From assembly GCA_965240325.2 (NCBI GenBank), contig OZ251239.1, forward strand, positions 992,001-1,056,000: a stretch of DNA of 64,000 bases, in the 5' to 3' direction. This document shows positions 21,191-32,055 of this stretch, piece after piece (the stretch's first letter is position 1; each line of letters starts with the position of its first letter). The position numbers were made by a program, and so were the translations under genes. The notes beneath the pieces were generated by a model. The model did not search any database. It was given only the letters and a program-made list of their open reading frames with translations, and was not told where the DNA came from. The stretch comes from Rebecca billardiae RCC1528. Taxonomy: Eukaryota; Protista; Haptophyta.

Positions 21191-24100
21191 ATGCTGGAGC
21201 ACCGGCCCAGCACCGACGACGCGGCGCGCGCCGGCGCCAAGCTGCCGCCCTACTTCACCGGTCAGCACGCGACGGTGGAGCAGCAGCTCGCGCTGATCGA
21301 CCGCCTCGTCCGGCGCCACCCGCGCGGCTGGGTCCTCGCCGAGTGCGACCGCGTCGCCGCCGTACTTCAGTTTGCGGCCGACGCGGCGCAGGGCGACGAC
21401 GCGGCCGCGTTCGCGCCGCGCGTGGCGAAGCTGCTCGAGACGACGGCGCGGCTGCCGTTCCTGCGGCCTGACCTCGGCGCGCTCGCGCGCTCCGACGTGC
21501 GCGGCGCGATGCGCGACCTCGTCCACGCCGTCGCGGCCGCGCTGCGCGTTGAGGACTCGGCCGTCGTCCAAACCGCCGCGCTCGCGCTCGTCGCGCTCGC
21601 GCGCGAGGCGACGCACGGGCAGACGACGCTGCCGCTGCGCGAGGCGCTCGAGCAGTGCGCCGCGCCGCTCGCGCTGCTCGACGCCCTCGGCCGCGCGCGC
21701 GAGCCGCGCGCGCAGCTCGGCCTGCTGCGGGCGTTGCAGCGACTGTGCACGTACGCGCCCGCGCGCGCCGAGCAGGCGATGGAGGCGGCAGGGGCGGCGC
21801 GCGTGATCCTCGCGCCCGCGATGGGCCAGCCGGCCGAGAGCGAGCTCGTGCGCGCCGTCGTCGACGCGCTCGTCGCGCTGCAGCGCTGCGGCGCCGGCAC
21901 GCGCGCGCGGCTCGCCGCTTCAGTCCTCCTCTCGCGTATCTCGGCGCTCGAGATCCGCGGCTCGGTTTCGTCAGGCGCATCGGCCGGCGCGGCGGGCGGC
22001 GCGGTGGACGAGCTCGCGGCGCTGTGCGCCACGCTCGCCGGGCGCAGGCTCTCCGAGGACGCGGCGGACGCGCGCGCCGACCTCTTCGAAGTCGTGCGCG
22101 CGCTCGCGGCCGCGGCGCCCGCGGAGGCGGCGCGCGGCTTCGCGGCCGCTGGCCTGTTCTCTCTGCTCCTGTCGACGCTGGAGGAGACGGACGATGGCGG
22201 CGGCGGCGTCGGCGGCGGGCAGGCGGCGCGGCGTGGCGCGGCGCCGCGCGACGGCGGCGCGGCCGCCGACGCGCCCTTCGCGCACCACACGCTGCGCATC
22301 CCGTCCGTGCGCGCGGCGCGCGTGCGCTGCGCGGCGCTCGGCGCGCTGAGCGCGTGCGCCTCCGCGCCCCAAGGCTCGGCTTGCGCGCGGCTGGTTTGGG
22401 CGTCGACGCTGCCGGCGTCGCTGCTGCGCTGGCTGCCGCACGCGGCGGGGCGCGAGCCGTCGCACGCGCGCTGGCCCGCCTCGCACTGGCCGCAGCTGCT
22501 GCTCGCCACGATCGAGTGCCTGCACGCGCTGCACGCGGCCAACCCCGGCGCGTTTGAACTGGCGGGAGGCGTCGACGCGGCGGCGGCGTGCGCGGCCGAG
22601 CTTTCTCGCGAGCCGCCGACGGCCGACGCGCCCGCGCTTGAGGGGGCGGACAACGCGGAGGAGGCGGAGGCGGTGTGGCGCTCGGCGGCACACCTCCTGT
22701 GCGCGTGCGCGCGCCACTCCCCCGCGCGCGTGCACGCGTGCGGCGCCATCGACCTCGCACTGAGCTGGTTGGCACATAGCGCTGCGCCGCTCGGCGCTGC
22801 GGCGGGCGCGCCCGCGGCGCGCGGCGGCGCGCACGGCGCGCCGCGGCCGCTCGCACAGCTCGAGCGCGGCGTGATGGGCGTCGAGCTGCTGCGCATCCTG
22901 CTAAGCGTGCCCCGCGCGCCCGAGCCGCGCTCCCCCGCGCCCGAGCCGCAGCCGCGCGTCGGCTGGGCGCGGGAGAGCGCGGAGGACGCGGCGCGCGCGC
23001 GCGCCATGCGCATTCGGGCCGCGCTCCTAGAGGCGGGGGGCGTGGAAGCAATTTGCGCCGCACTCCGGCTGCGCTTTGCGCGGGGCGCGCCCGCGGGCGA
23101 GCGGAGCGTGCATGCGGGCGCATCGGCGCGCGCGCCGCGCGGCGCGCCGCTGAGTGCCCACGACGCCGCCGTCGGGAGTGTCAGCAGCAGCGGCGGCGGC
23201 AGCTGGGCTGGAATTGAGCGCGCGCGCGCCGCGGCGCACGGCGCGGGCGCGGGCGGCGGCGCTGCTGCGGCGCACGGCGCGCGCGCGTGGGCCACGACGC
23301 GCCGAAGCGGCAACAGCGCGTGGGGCAGCGGCAGCGGCGGCACGGCCGCGCCGCACTGGGCTGCGCCCGACGCGTCCGGCCCCACCTTCGAGAGTCCGGA
23401 CCCCGCGCCGGACCTCGAGGCCCTCCGGGCGCCGCTGGCTCTCGGCGCAGCGGACGCGCTTGCCGAGTTGATCGACGACGACGACAGCGGCGGCGGCGCG
23501 GCCGCGCTCCGCGCGCGCGAGACGCTGGGCGCGCGCGCGCTCGGCTGCGGGGCGGTGAGCTCGCTGCTCCAGCTGGCGGAGCTCGTGCCCACCTCGATGG
23601 CGGGCCCGCCGCTGCGCGCGCTCGCGGTGCTGCTCCGCGCGCACACCGGCACGGCTGAGCTGATGGCTGCCTGGCGTTCAGGGCTCAGCGGCAGACGCGC
23701 GCTGCCGCTGCTATTGGCCGCGTGGCGGGGCGCAGGCCCAGCCGTGGTCCCAGCGCGCGCGCCGGCGGTGCAGGCGTGGGCGACGGGCGACGGCGGCGGC
23801 GAGAGCCAGCCCCCGCTCGACGGCGTACCGCGCCGCCCGGCCTCAGCCAGCGGCCACACCAACCGCCCAGACACGCCGCCGCGCGCACACGCCCCGCCCG
23901 GGCCTTCCGTTCTTGCTTGGAGCGCGCTCGGCTCGGCGCGCGGCGCGCCTTTATCTGCACGGCCGAGCAGCGGCGGTGGGCGCGGCGGCGCGGCGGCGCG
24001 GCGCGCCGGCGACTCGTCTGACGACGACGACGATGGTGACGCCGACCCCTCGTCGTCGGACGGCCTCTCCTCCGGCGAGGACGACGACGCCGGCACCGCC

Positions 24101-25312
24101 GCGGCGCTCGGGTGGGCCGGTGCTGACTTGGTCTTGCGGCCGCGCGGCGCGGGCGGCCGCGCGCGCGCCGGCCGCGGCGGCAGGGCGGGCGGCGCGGCGG
24201 CGCGGCCGAGCTCGCCGCCGCTGCGCGAGGCGGTGGTGCACGCGCAGACGTGCGTGGCGCGAGCCCTCGCCGCCGACGGCGCCGCCTCCGCCCACGGCCC
24301 ACGGCCGCCGCTGCCGCTGCCGCCGCCGCGCGAGACGAGCGCGCCCCCGCTGCCCACGAGCTGGCTCCAGCGCTCGGTCCGGCCGGCGAGTGCTAGTGAC
24401 GTCCGAGCCAAGGTGCACGTGATCGTGCTCGCGCTGGAGCAGAGCGGGCTGCTCGGGCGGATGGCGCACGCGCCGACGCCCGCCGACGCCGACGCCGCGC
24501 TGCGCCCCGCACCCTCCGCAGAGCGCGCCGCGCCGCCTGCGCTCACGCTCAGCGAGCGCCAGGCGTTGGCGCAAGTGTTCGCCCTGCCTGCAGCGCGCGA
24601 GCGCGCGGCGTGGGCAGAAGCGATGGGCGGGCTCGAGCGGGAAGGGCTCGAGCCGATCGCGAGCGATCGGGTCCGCGCGGCGCGCGCGTGCGCGCTGCTC
24701 GACGCCCGCCTCGCCGGCGTCGCGGCGGAGGTCGAGGCGATCGCGGCCGGGGACGACGGCGCGGCGCGCGCCGAGGCGGACTATGCCGCGTGGCTCAGGC
24801 GACACACCGGCGCGATTGAGCTCTCGCGCGAGGCCGACCCGCAGCGGCGCGTCGCGAGCGCGTCGCGCCGCCGCCTCGCCGCGGCGGAGAAGCGCGAGCT
24901 CGCGAGCTCGCGCCGCGCCGAGATTGTATCTCGCTCGTACGCCGGGCTGGTGCCGGCCGTGCAGGCACGCATCGATGAGCTGATGGCTCCGGCGCAGGCA
25001 CCGCCGCCGGAGGTGCGCTTCGGGACGTCAGAGGAGGGGGCTGAGGGCGACCCCGCGGGCGCGGACGCGGACGAGCCGGCGCCGAGCCCCGCCGAGCCCG
25101 CGCCCACGCGCGGCGGCGCGCGGCCGGCGTCGGCGCACCCGATCGGCGCGACGCGCAAGGCGCCCGGCTGGAGCGCCGGGCCGATGAGCGCGACGTCGAG
25201 CGGGCGGATGCGCCCGTCCTCCGCCGCGCTCGCGCGCTCCACGACGATGGGCACGATTCCGTCGCCGTCGCAGCCGCACCCGCCGTCGCGGCGGCGGCCG
25301 AGCGCTTCATGA
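21191..25312 (+). CDS. ARM-repeat protein, CFAP69-like (cilia/flagella-associated)
   Basis: 1373-aa ORF. The C-terminal blocks AW...LLLAAWR, DVRAKVHVIV and WAEAMGGLEREGLEPIASD resemble the CFAP69 C-terminus as I recall it. Confidence 0.6.
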   Translation: MLEHRPSTDDAARAGAKLPPYFTGQHATVEQQLALIDRLVRRHPRGWVLAECDRVAAVLQFAADAAQGDDAAAFAPRVAKLLETTARLPFLRPDLGALARSDVRGAMRDLVHAVAAALRVEDSAVVQTAALALVALAREATHGQTTLPLREALEQCAAPLALLDALGRAREPRAQLGLLRALQRLCTYAPARAEQAMEAAGAARVILAPAMGQPAESELVRAVVDALVALQRCGAGTRARLAASVLLSRISALEIRGSVSSGASAGAAGGAVDELAALCATLAGRRLSEDAADARADLFEVVRALAAAAPAEAARGFAAAGLFSLLLSTLEETDDGGGGVGGGQAARRGAAPRDGGAAADAPFAHHTLRIPSVRAARVRCAALGALSACASAPQGSACARLVWASTLPASLLRWLPHAAGREPSHARWPASHWPQLLLATIECLHALHAANPGAFELAGGVDAAAACAAELSREPPTADAPALEGADNAEEAEAVWRSAAHLLCACARHSPARVHACGAIDLALSWLAHSAAPLGAAAGAPAARGGAHGAPRPLAQLERGVMGVELLRILLSVPRAPEPRSPAPEPQPRVGWARESAEDAARARAMRIRAALLEAGGVEAICAALRLRFARGAPAGERSVHAGASARAPRGAPLSAHDAAVGSVSSSGGGSWAGIERARAAAHGAGAGGGAAAAHGARAWATTRRSGNSAWGSGSGGTAAPHWAAPDASGPTFESPDPAPDLEALRAPLALGAADALAELIDDDDSGGGAAALRARETLGARALGCGAVSSLLQLAELVPTSMAGPPLRALAVLLRAHTGTAELMAAWRSGLSGRRALPLLLAAWRGAGPAVVPARAPAVQAWATGDGGGESQPPLDGVPRRPASASGHTNRPDTPPRAHAPPGPSVLAWSALGSARGAPLSARPSSGGGRGGAAARRAGDSSDDDDDGDADPSSSDGLSSGEDDDAGTAAALGWAGADLVLRPRGAGGRARAGRGGRAGGAAARPSSPPLREAVVHAQTCVARALAADGAASAHGPRPPLPLPPPRETSAPPLPTSWLQRSVRPASASDVRAKVHVIVLALEQSGLLGRMAHAPTPADADAALRPAPSAERAAPPALTLSERQALAQVFALPAARERAAWAEAMGGLEREGLEPIASDRVRAARACALLDARLAGVAAEVEAIAAGDDGAARAEADYAAWLRRHTGAIELSREADPQRRVASASRRRLAAAEKRELASSRRAEIVSRSYAGLVPAVQARIDELMAPAQAPPPEVRFGTSEEGAEGDPAGADADEPAPSPAEPAPTRGGARPASAHPIGATRKAPGWSAGPMSATSSGRMRPSSAALARSTTMGTIPSPSQPHPPSRRRPSAS

Positions 25313-27179
25313 CGCGAGCATTGAAGACCAATGATGATGTCTCATCATTGTTACCGAGTGGGCAGGGCTGCAGGGCGCACCGTGACCGGCGCAGCGGTAC
25401 TGTAGCCTGGGCGCAGCTCTGCATCGTCAGCCGCCGCCGGCGGACGCGATGTCTCTTGATGTTTTTCGACTCAGTCACGCGCGGAATACTACTGTATTCG
25501 CCATGACGTCGTCGCGCGCTCCTGACTGATCTGACAAGAATGGAAATACAGTTTACTATGATTTAACGTGCACACAGTAGTGTTAATCACGCCTTAACCA
25601 AGTGTGCACGTTAAATCATGAGCCGACGTCAGTTGTATTGCGCCGCTTTGGATAGTGTGGTCAGTTGTATTGCCAAAAGCACGTTATGACTACCGTGGCG
25701 GTCAGTTGTATTGCCGTTTTCAGTAGTATGGGTCAAGAATATTGCCGCCGCTTTTGGATAGTGTGTCAACAATAATATTGCCCCTCAAATACTGGTTTCA
25801 AACCAATGACCCTTTCACACTACTTGGTTCACGAATATTGCCGTTTTCGAGCTTGAACATAGTCTGCTCAGAAATATTGCCCTTTCCATAACTATGTGTC
25901 AGTTGTATTGCCGCCAGCAGCTGGTGGCTGGGGCACGACTCGCACTCAGACAAGAGACTCGCGCAGCCCGTGTGCGCGTGCGTGCAGAGCTGCGACTGCC
26001 TGCGCGCGGCATGCAGGATACGCGACTGTAACCAACCGACATGCCATCATCATGCGGCCTGCGTAGCTCATCTTGACTTCCAGTAGCAGTCGGCGCTTCC
26101 CGTCGCCGTCGCGCTTGCTGCCCGCCGGCGGCCGGCCGCCAGCGCCATCGGGACTGCTGCTACTTCAGCGGCCACGTGAGCCGCATCGCGTCCCATGCCG
26201 CTGCACGCGCCGCCTCAAGCTGCGACCGCGCTCGCCAAGCCTGCCACTCGGGTTCCAGCAGCAGCAGGAAGCGTCGCCTGCCCCTCCTGCTTGCTGGCTC
26301 GTCGAGGCGCGCGCGGCGCACCGCTCGCCGGTCGGTGCGTTGTGTCCCAGCTGGCAGTACGCCTTGGACTTCCTCCTCCACGGGCCAATCAGCCTGCGTT
26401 GACGAGTGCGACTGGCGCACGGTCAGCCACCTGCACACGGTTGGCCACAGGGCAGTCTGCTATTGGAGTGATGACAATCGCAAAAGGCACGCGCCAGCAG
26501 TGTTGCACGAGTGAGAGAGCGCGACGCGCGTTGGTTGATCGCCACGGTGTGAATGCCAGTCGATGGCAGGGAGTGAGGGGGACGCGCGTCGCGTTGGTCA
26601 AGCTCCTTGAGGCCGTTGAAGAGCACACGCCCGTCGTGCACGTTCGACTCCCGCGAATCGGGGCGCAGCAACACACGCTCACCCTGCTTCACGCATGCAC
26701 CTGCATGCGCTGCCGTCGCAATGTCATCGACTGCGCGCTTGACGGTCCCGGAGTCGAAGTGAGCACGGAGCAACGCCGATTCGATAGAAGTCGCGACGGA
26801 TTCTCGCCCGTCTCCGCGTAGACGGCGAGTAGCCCGAGGTGCACGCGCGTGTTGCACTGCGCGCGCATGCGGCAGCGTTTGTGCAGATTCCGGTCCACGG
26901 TTCAGGTCGTCGTTCGGCTTGATGATGTCGAGGAACACGGCGCTACCCCGGCAGAGATCGTCGTCGTTGAACGTCACGCTTCTGGCCTGGGATCAGCTAG
27001 GCCTGCTCAAGGGCACGCCGCGCACGCCGGCGGCGCGTGGGCGCCAGCGCCATCATCAGCGCGTGGGCGATCGCGGCAACAAACCTGAATCAAAGATGCG
27101 CAAACGGCAACACAACTGACCCACACTACGCGACGGCAATACAGCTGGACAAAGTATTGGGCCATCATCCACGGCAATA

Positions 27180-27957
27180 CAGGGGTCTCAACAATTAGCT
27201 GTATCTCTGTTTGTGCCACTGGACAGGCATGTGAGCACTTGATTGCCTGGCTAGATGTGGTCTAGCACAGCCCACTCCCTGGCCATTCTGACGAGTGGGT
27301 GGCTGCTTGGCCAGCTCTCCATGCTGGGCTGTGGTGCCATCCAGAGTGCGCATGTGCAGCAGCCCAGGTGGGTGCAGCGAGGGGTGCGGCAGGCAGCAGT
27401 GGGTGGTCAGCTTGAAAATCCATGCAGGCCAGCCACCAGCAGCTAGGCTGCAGGGCTCTTGGCTGCACCAGCCCCACTCCAGCCCCCTCAAGTCGGGTGG
27501 CTGGCCACCCTCTGGGTGTGCCAGCTGGTGCTGCTGCTGGCCTCCCAGTGCAGGGGAGCTGACCCGACAGGTCCTTGCGCAGGTGGGGGTGCAGGATTGG
27601 GCACTGTGCCACAGCAGCTGCATCCCATGAGCTCCCCCCCAGGTGGCATGCAGCCCTCCCTAGGGGGTACCAGATCCACTGCCAAGCACAATTTAGGCCT
27701 GGTCTGTGTGGGCACACTGCCCGCGACCAGTGACGACAAGCCTGCGGCAGGATCTGGCCAGCTGCGACAGGCTGTACGCCTGCAGCCGTGTGACCTGCTG
27801 GTGTGCCCAACTCCAGCCCACGCGCGCTGGGGCTGACGCGCTGGGTCGAACCCGTCGTGCACGGGCCGTGGGGGCCGCCTGGATCAGCCCAGGGGGGCAG
27901 GGTGAGCAGTGGCGTGCAGCTCAGTCAGAATGTGACAATTAATTGTTGAGACCCCTG
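27180..27957. mobile_element. Nested MITE with TA TSD, 18-bp TIR and CpG-poor interior
   Basis: ta|CAGGGGTCTCAACAATTA...TAATTGTTGAGACCCCTG|ta. It splits a host GGCAATACACCTGAC repeat at its TA. Confidence 0.9.
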
Positions 27958-29138
27958 TACACCTGACACAAGTATTCGACGTTGGCAAGTTGTGTGACGA
28001 CGTTGAATTCGGATCCTGAAATGTTTCGGACGCCGAAAGGCTCGGGCGCTGAAAGCGCCCGAGCCCGCCCTTGAGGTCCGGAGGCGCACACCGTACCCGC
28101 TTGCCGTGCTTGGTTTGAAGTTTCACGGCACCCCCGCGTTCTCCCGCACACAATCGCATCAAAACATGAGACGGCTTCGAATAGTGAGTAGGCATCTCCC
28201 ACAATCTCGGGAATCTAGAACGGCGCGGGGGTATCTCAGCGTACTGCAAGGTACGTCGGACGCCCAAACATTCTGGTTGTGAAATGGTCAGCCATGTGTT
28301 TCGGCGACGACGAATCGTGCCGATTTCAACCAGCAATCCGGAATCCCCGTAGTTCAGACTACTGAAATGTGCTTTCTGATTGGCTGGAGGGGAGCTTCGC
28401 CCGCCCGAATCCTGTAGTCATGTTTGTCCGTGCGAGGTATCTGCTGGACGATCTTTGGCGAGCTCGTGGCTAAAATCGGGACCAGCTGGTCGCCGGCTCA
28501 CGTTCGGTCGTCGCCTCGGCTCGCTCGCCACTCCGCTCCGCACTCGCGACGGCCTTCGCCCCTGCGTCCGCGTCCCGGTGCCGCAAGCCCAAGCGAACAA
28601 CGGTCCGACGTGATGCCCACCGCGTGAGCGGATCACGCCGCGTCTGAAACTGCACCTCTCACTACACCTTCACCTGCCGCTCCCGTGCGGCGGCCGCCGA
28701 CGCCTCGAGCGCGGCTCGACCGAGCCCGCGTCCGCGCGACAGCGGCGCGACTCGGTACGCACTGGCGTCACGACCCACCGCGAGCGGCGTGCGGCTGACT
28801 GCCCGCGCGAACCGCCGCCACGCAGCAACGGTGAGCTCGCCGCGCGCTCATCATCTCAAGTACATGGGCATCTCGTGTGTTCTCGTCATTTTCCGTGTAG
28901 GCTTGACCCCCAGGGCGTCGCTCTCCCCAGGCGGCGTGGTTGGATTTGGCAAACCTTTTGCCATGGTTCTGGAGCCTTTCCGGACCGCCATGCCGAATCC
29001 GCCATCGTGCGGCCGGTTTGGCGGTCCGGAAAGGTTTCAGAACCAGGCAAAAGGTTTGTTTGGGGATCCGACTGTCAAGATTGACACGTGATTCCCAAAC
29101 ATGGAAAACGGCAATACAACTGACCACGGTAGTCAAAA

Positions 29139-29394
29139 CAAGGAGTCTTTAAAAACCCACTGGGGAGGAAGGCAAGTGGACCCATGTTCTGTACGCCGCG
29201 GTTCCAGAGTCCGGTGTTTTGGAAGCCTGGTCACAGTGGCTTTTTGTCCGGAGATCGTTCAGAATAGGCGTTTCGGCTAGAAAATCACCGCTGAAGCCTG
29301 CGAAATCACCGGACTTCAGAACCGCGGCGTACAGAACATGGGACCGAGCTCGCACTGGGGGCTTCCTCCCCAGTGGGTTTTTAAAGACTCCTTG
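29139..29394. mobile_element. 256-bp palindromic MITE, CAAGG termini, 7-bp TSD GTCAAAA (P-like)
   Basis: CAAGGAGTCTTTAAAAACCCACTGGGGAGGAAG is a perfect inverted repeat. GTCAAAA occurs at 29132-29138 and 29395-29401. Confidence 0.9.
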
Positions 29395-29568
29395 GTCAAA
29401 ACGTGCGTTTGGCAATACACCTGACCACACTTTCCAAAACGGCAATACAGCTGACATTATCTCTTAAATCATAGTAAACTGTATGGAATTCAGACGCGAT
29501 AAAATGATGACGAAACGGCCGGGCTTCGCGCGCGCGTTCGTTTGAGGGCCGCCGCCGACCTGGCAGTC

Positions 29569-32049
29569 ATGGGCGCGGCGCTCGAGCACCAGCCGGCATC
29601 GGCGGAGTACTTCCCGGTGAACGTCGAGGCGACGCGTGCGGCTGCAGAGGCGCACGCTTGCCTCCGCTCGCACGCACTCGCCGCGCGCACGCCGCTCGTC
29701 GTGAGCGCGTGCTTTGATGAGCTGCGCCGACGCGGCAGCCGCTCGGCGTGCGTGCGCGCGCTGCTCAGGACGGAAGCGTGCTCGCCCAAGGTGGACGCGC
29801 TCGTTCACGCATTCTCCGCAACGCCGCGCATGGCTCGCCGCCTGCCGCCCCAGGCGCTCGCCGACCTGAGCGGGGCGCCGACGCCGTGCGTCGTCACTGT
29901 GCTGAAGCAGGCAATCGCATGCGCCGCCGCGCATCCGCTACTGCTGCCGGGTGAGATGGCGGAGCTCGAGGCGGCCGAGGACGCGAACGCGGCCGAGGTC
30001 TTTCGGACGCAGGTGCCCGGCGAGCGCGGCCGCCTCCTCCGCCTCGTCACCGACATGTGCGCGGCGGTGACGGCGCGCGAGCTGCCAGGCACCGTGCGCG
30101 CGCTCGCAGCGTCCGTTGCCCCAGGCCTCTTCCCGACGGCGGCGGCGGAGGAGGAGCCGATGGCGATGCTGCTCGCCGCGCGGCGCGGCGTAAGCCTCAC
30201 CGCGCGGTTGATCGAGGGCGCGCGGCTCGGCCTCGGCGCCGAGCCCGACTCCGACGACGGTGCCGACACGTCTTGCTCGGGCAGTGCGCCCGGCAGCGGC
30301 ACTCAGCCTCGCGAGATCGAATCTGGCGGGCGACAGTCTCGCGAGGGCTCGGGCGCTGGGCAGACGTCACCGTCGGGCGGGGACTGCTCGGACGACGCGG
30401 CGCGCCTGAGCGACACGAGCACGGAGGACGGCGCGGAGGACGACGACTTCCCCACGCCGGGCGAGTGCCTGTTCGAGCGTCACGCGCGGCGCGTGCGCCA
30501 GAGCATGGGCGCGGGCGCCGTCGGAGGCGTGCGCCACGCAGGCGCGCCGGCCGACGCGCCGGCGGGCCGCGCGCGCGGCGGGCGAGGGCTAGCGCACTCG
30601 ATGACGTACTCGCCCGTGCTCGAGGAGGACGAGGGCGCCGCTGCCGACGACGACGACGAGCCCTACGGCACGGCCGCCGAGCTCGCGCTCTCACAAGTTA
30701 TACTCGTCGCCTCGCCCGCCACGCCGCTCGGCGCCCACCTCCCGGAGTCCGCTATGCTCAATGACGAATTCGAGCGCACGCGGCCGAGCGCGTTCGCGAG
30801 CGCGAGCGCGGGCCGGCGCGGGCGGTGGCGAGGGCGCACGGGCCGGAGCCCACGGGGCGAGCTCGGGTGCGAAGACGAAGACGACGGCGAAGGCGACGGC
30901 CGCGGCGAGCTCTCGTCCGAGGCGAGCCCAACGCAGCTCTGCTTTGCTACGCCCGGCGCACACCCCACGCACTCGCCCGCCCGGTTCGCGCTCGAGTCGC
31001 CGTCGCCGCGCACGGCGGCGGAGTCGTCTCCGCGGACGCCCTCGACGAGCCCGGCCTCGCGCGCGGAGCCCTCGAGCTGCAGCAGCTCGACCGCGTCGTC
31101 AGGCCTGCCCAGCCTCGCGGATGACTGGGACTGGGAGGAGCAGGCTGAGGCGGACGGAGCCTCGGAGGGCGAGCGCGCGGGCGAGCGCGCGCCGCGCGGC
31201 GGCCGCGGCCTGGACGCGGGCCCGGCGGCGGAGGGCCGATCGTCTCTTCTCTTTGCCGCGGGTGGCGGGGTTGCGAGCGACGTCTTTGCGCAGCTGCTGC
31301 GCGAGCGCACGGCCGGCGGTGCCGCGGCGGAGGAGGAGTTGGACTGGGGCGTGCGAGGGGGGGGCGACAGCAGCGAAGGCTCGTCTCGGCGGCTTGGTCG
31401 CCCGAGCAGCTCGAGCGAAGATGCTTCAGGGCTGTGCGCACGCCGCACGCCGCTCGACGACGACGGTGGCAGCTGCGGTGGCGGCCGTACAGACGACGAG
31501 ATCGCGCTGGAGCCCCGGAGCGCGGCGACGAGCCTGACGCCGCCGGCAGGCGCTCCGGCAGCGTCCCTAACGCCACCGACCGCCTTGCCGGCGGCGTTGC
31601 GACGCGCCAGCAGCGGCGGCGCGCCCGCTGAGGCGAGGGCTGCGCGTGGCTGCGGTGGCGCTGGTCAGCACCCCAGCGAGGGCCGCATCGACATGTCCAG
31701 CGGATGCAGCGGCGGCGGTACTGCTGGCGGCGCAGCGGGCGCCAGCCTCGCCGACGACGCCGACTCGTCATCACCGAGCGCCGACGCAAAGGCGAGGCAG
31801 CAGCATCCCCTCCTGCGCCACGCGGCGCTCGAGATGCTCGCGGTCGGCGGGCCATCCCCGCCACCTGCCCCAGTGGCAGTGCCACGCCCGGACGCATCGC
31901 AGGCTGATGATGATGCTGCGCATCGCCATCAGCAGGAAGCCGAGCCCGAGGCGGGCGGGACGTGGGCGTGGCTCTCGCCCAAGCCCATCTTCATCCCGAC
32001 GGTGGGCAGCAATGGCAGCCTCCGTGGCAGCGGGGCTGCTGCCGCTTGA
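29569..32049 (+). CDS. Hypothetical protein with a helical N-terminal ~200 aa followed by a long Ser/Asp/Glu-rich disordered region
   Basis: 826-aa ATG ORF with coding-like codon usage. No domain recognised. Confidence 0.65.
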   Translation: MGAALEHQPASAEYFPVNVEATRAAAEAHACLRSHALAARTPLVVSACFDELRRRGSRSACVRALLRTEACSPKVDALVHAFSATPRMARRLPPQALADLSGAPTPCVVTVLKQAIACAAAHPLLLPGEMAELEAAEDANAAEVFRTQVPGERGRLLRLVTDMCAAVTARELPGTVRALAASVAPGLFPTAAAEEEPMAMLLAARRGVSLTARLIEGARLGLGAEPDSDDGADTSCSGSAPGSGTQPREIESGGRQSREGSGAGQTSPSGGDCSDDAARLSDTSTEDGAEDDDFPTPGECLFERHARRVRQSMGAGAVGGVRHAGAPADAPAGRARGGRGLAHSMTYSPVLEEDEGAAADDDDEPYGTAAELALSQVILVASPATPLGAHLPESAMLNDEFERTRPSAFASASAGRRGRWRGRTGRSPRGELGCEDEDDGEGDGRGELSSEASPTQLCFATPGAHPTHSPARFALESPSPRTAAESSPRTPSTSPASRAEPSSCSSSTASSGLPSLADDWDWEEQAEADGASEGERAGERAPRGGRGLDAGPAAEGRSSLLFAAGGGVASDVFAQLLRERTAGGAAAEEELDWGVRGGGDSSEGSSRRLGRPSSSSEDASGLCARRTPLDDDGGSCGGGRTDDEIALEPRSAATSLTPPAGAPAASLTPPTALPAALRRASSGGAPAEARAARGCGGAGQHPSEGRIDMSSGCSGGGTAGGAAGASLADDADSSSPSADAKARQQHPLLRHAALEMLAVGGPSPPPAPVAVPRPDASQADDDAAHRHQQEAEPEAGGTWAWLSPKPIFIPTVGSNGSLRGSGAAAA

Positions 32050-32055
32050 TCAGTA

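Larger units (their letters stand above)
25549..29481. mobile_element. 3.9-kb TA-flanked TIR element with subterminal repeat arrays, decayed interior and two nested insertions
   Basis: ta|CAGTTTACTATGATTTAA...TTAAATCATAGTAAACTG|ta. TCAGTTGTATTGCC-type repeats lie at the left end (25629-25912) and inverted at 27105-27180 and 29110-29455. Confidence 0.9.

Noticed and set aside
21255-24546. Long antisense or alternate-frame ORFs (also 44497-47892, 49115-51496, 61574-63595)
   Set aside because: These are shadow ORFs expected at this GC content opposite real genes; they are Arg/Ala-rich with no motifs.
25620-25915. Regularly spaced short repeats as a CRISPR array
   Set aside because: The repeats are degenerate, the spacers resemble each other, the motifs recur inverted at the other TE end, and no cas genes are present.
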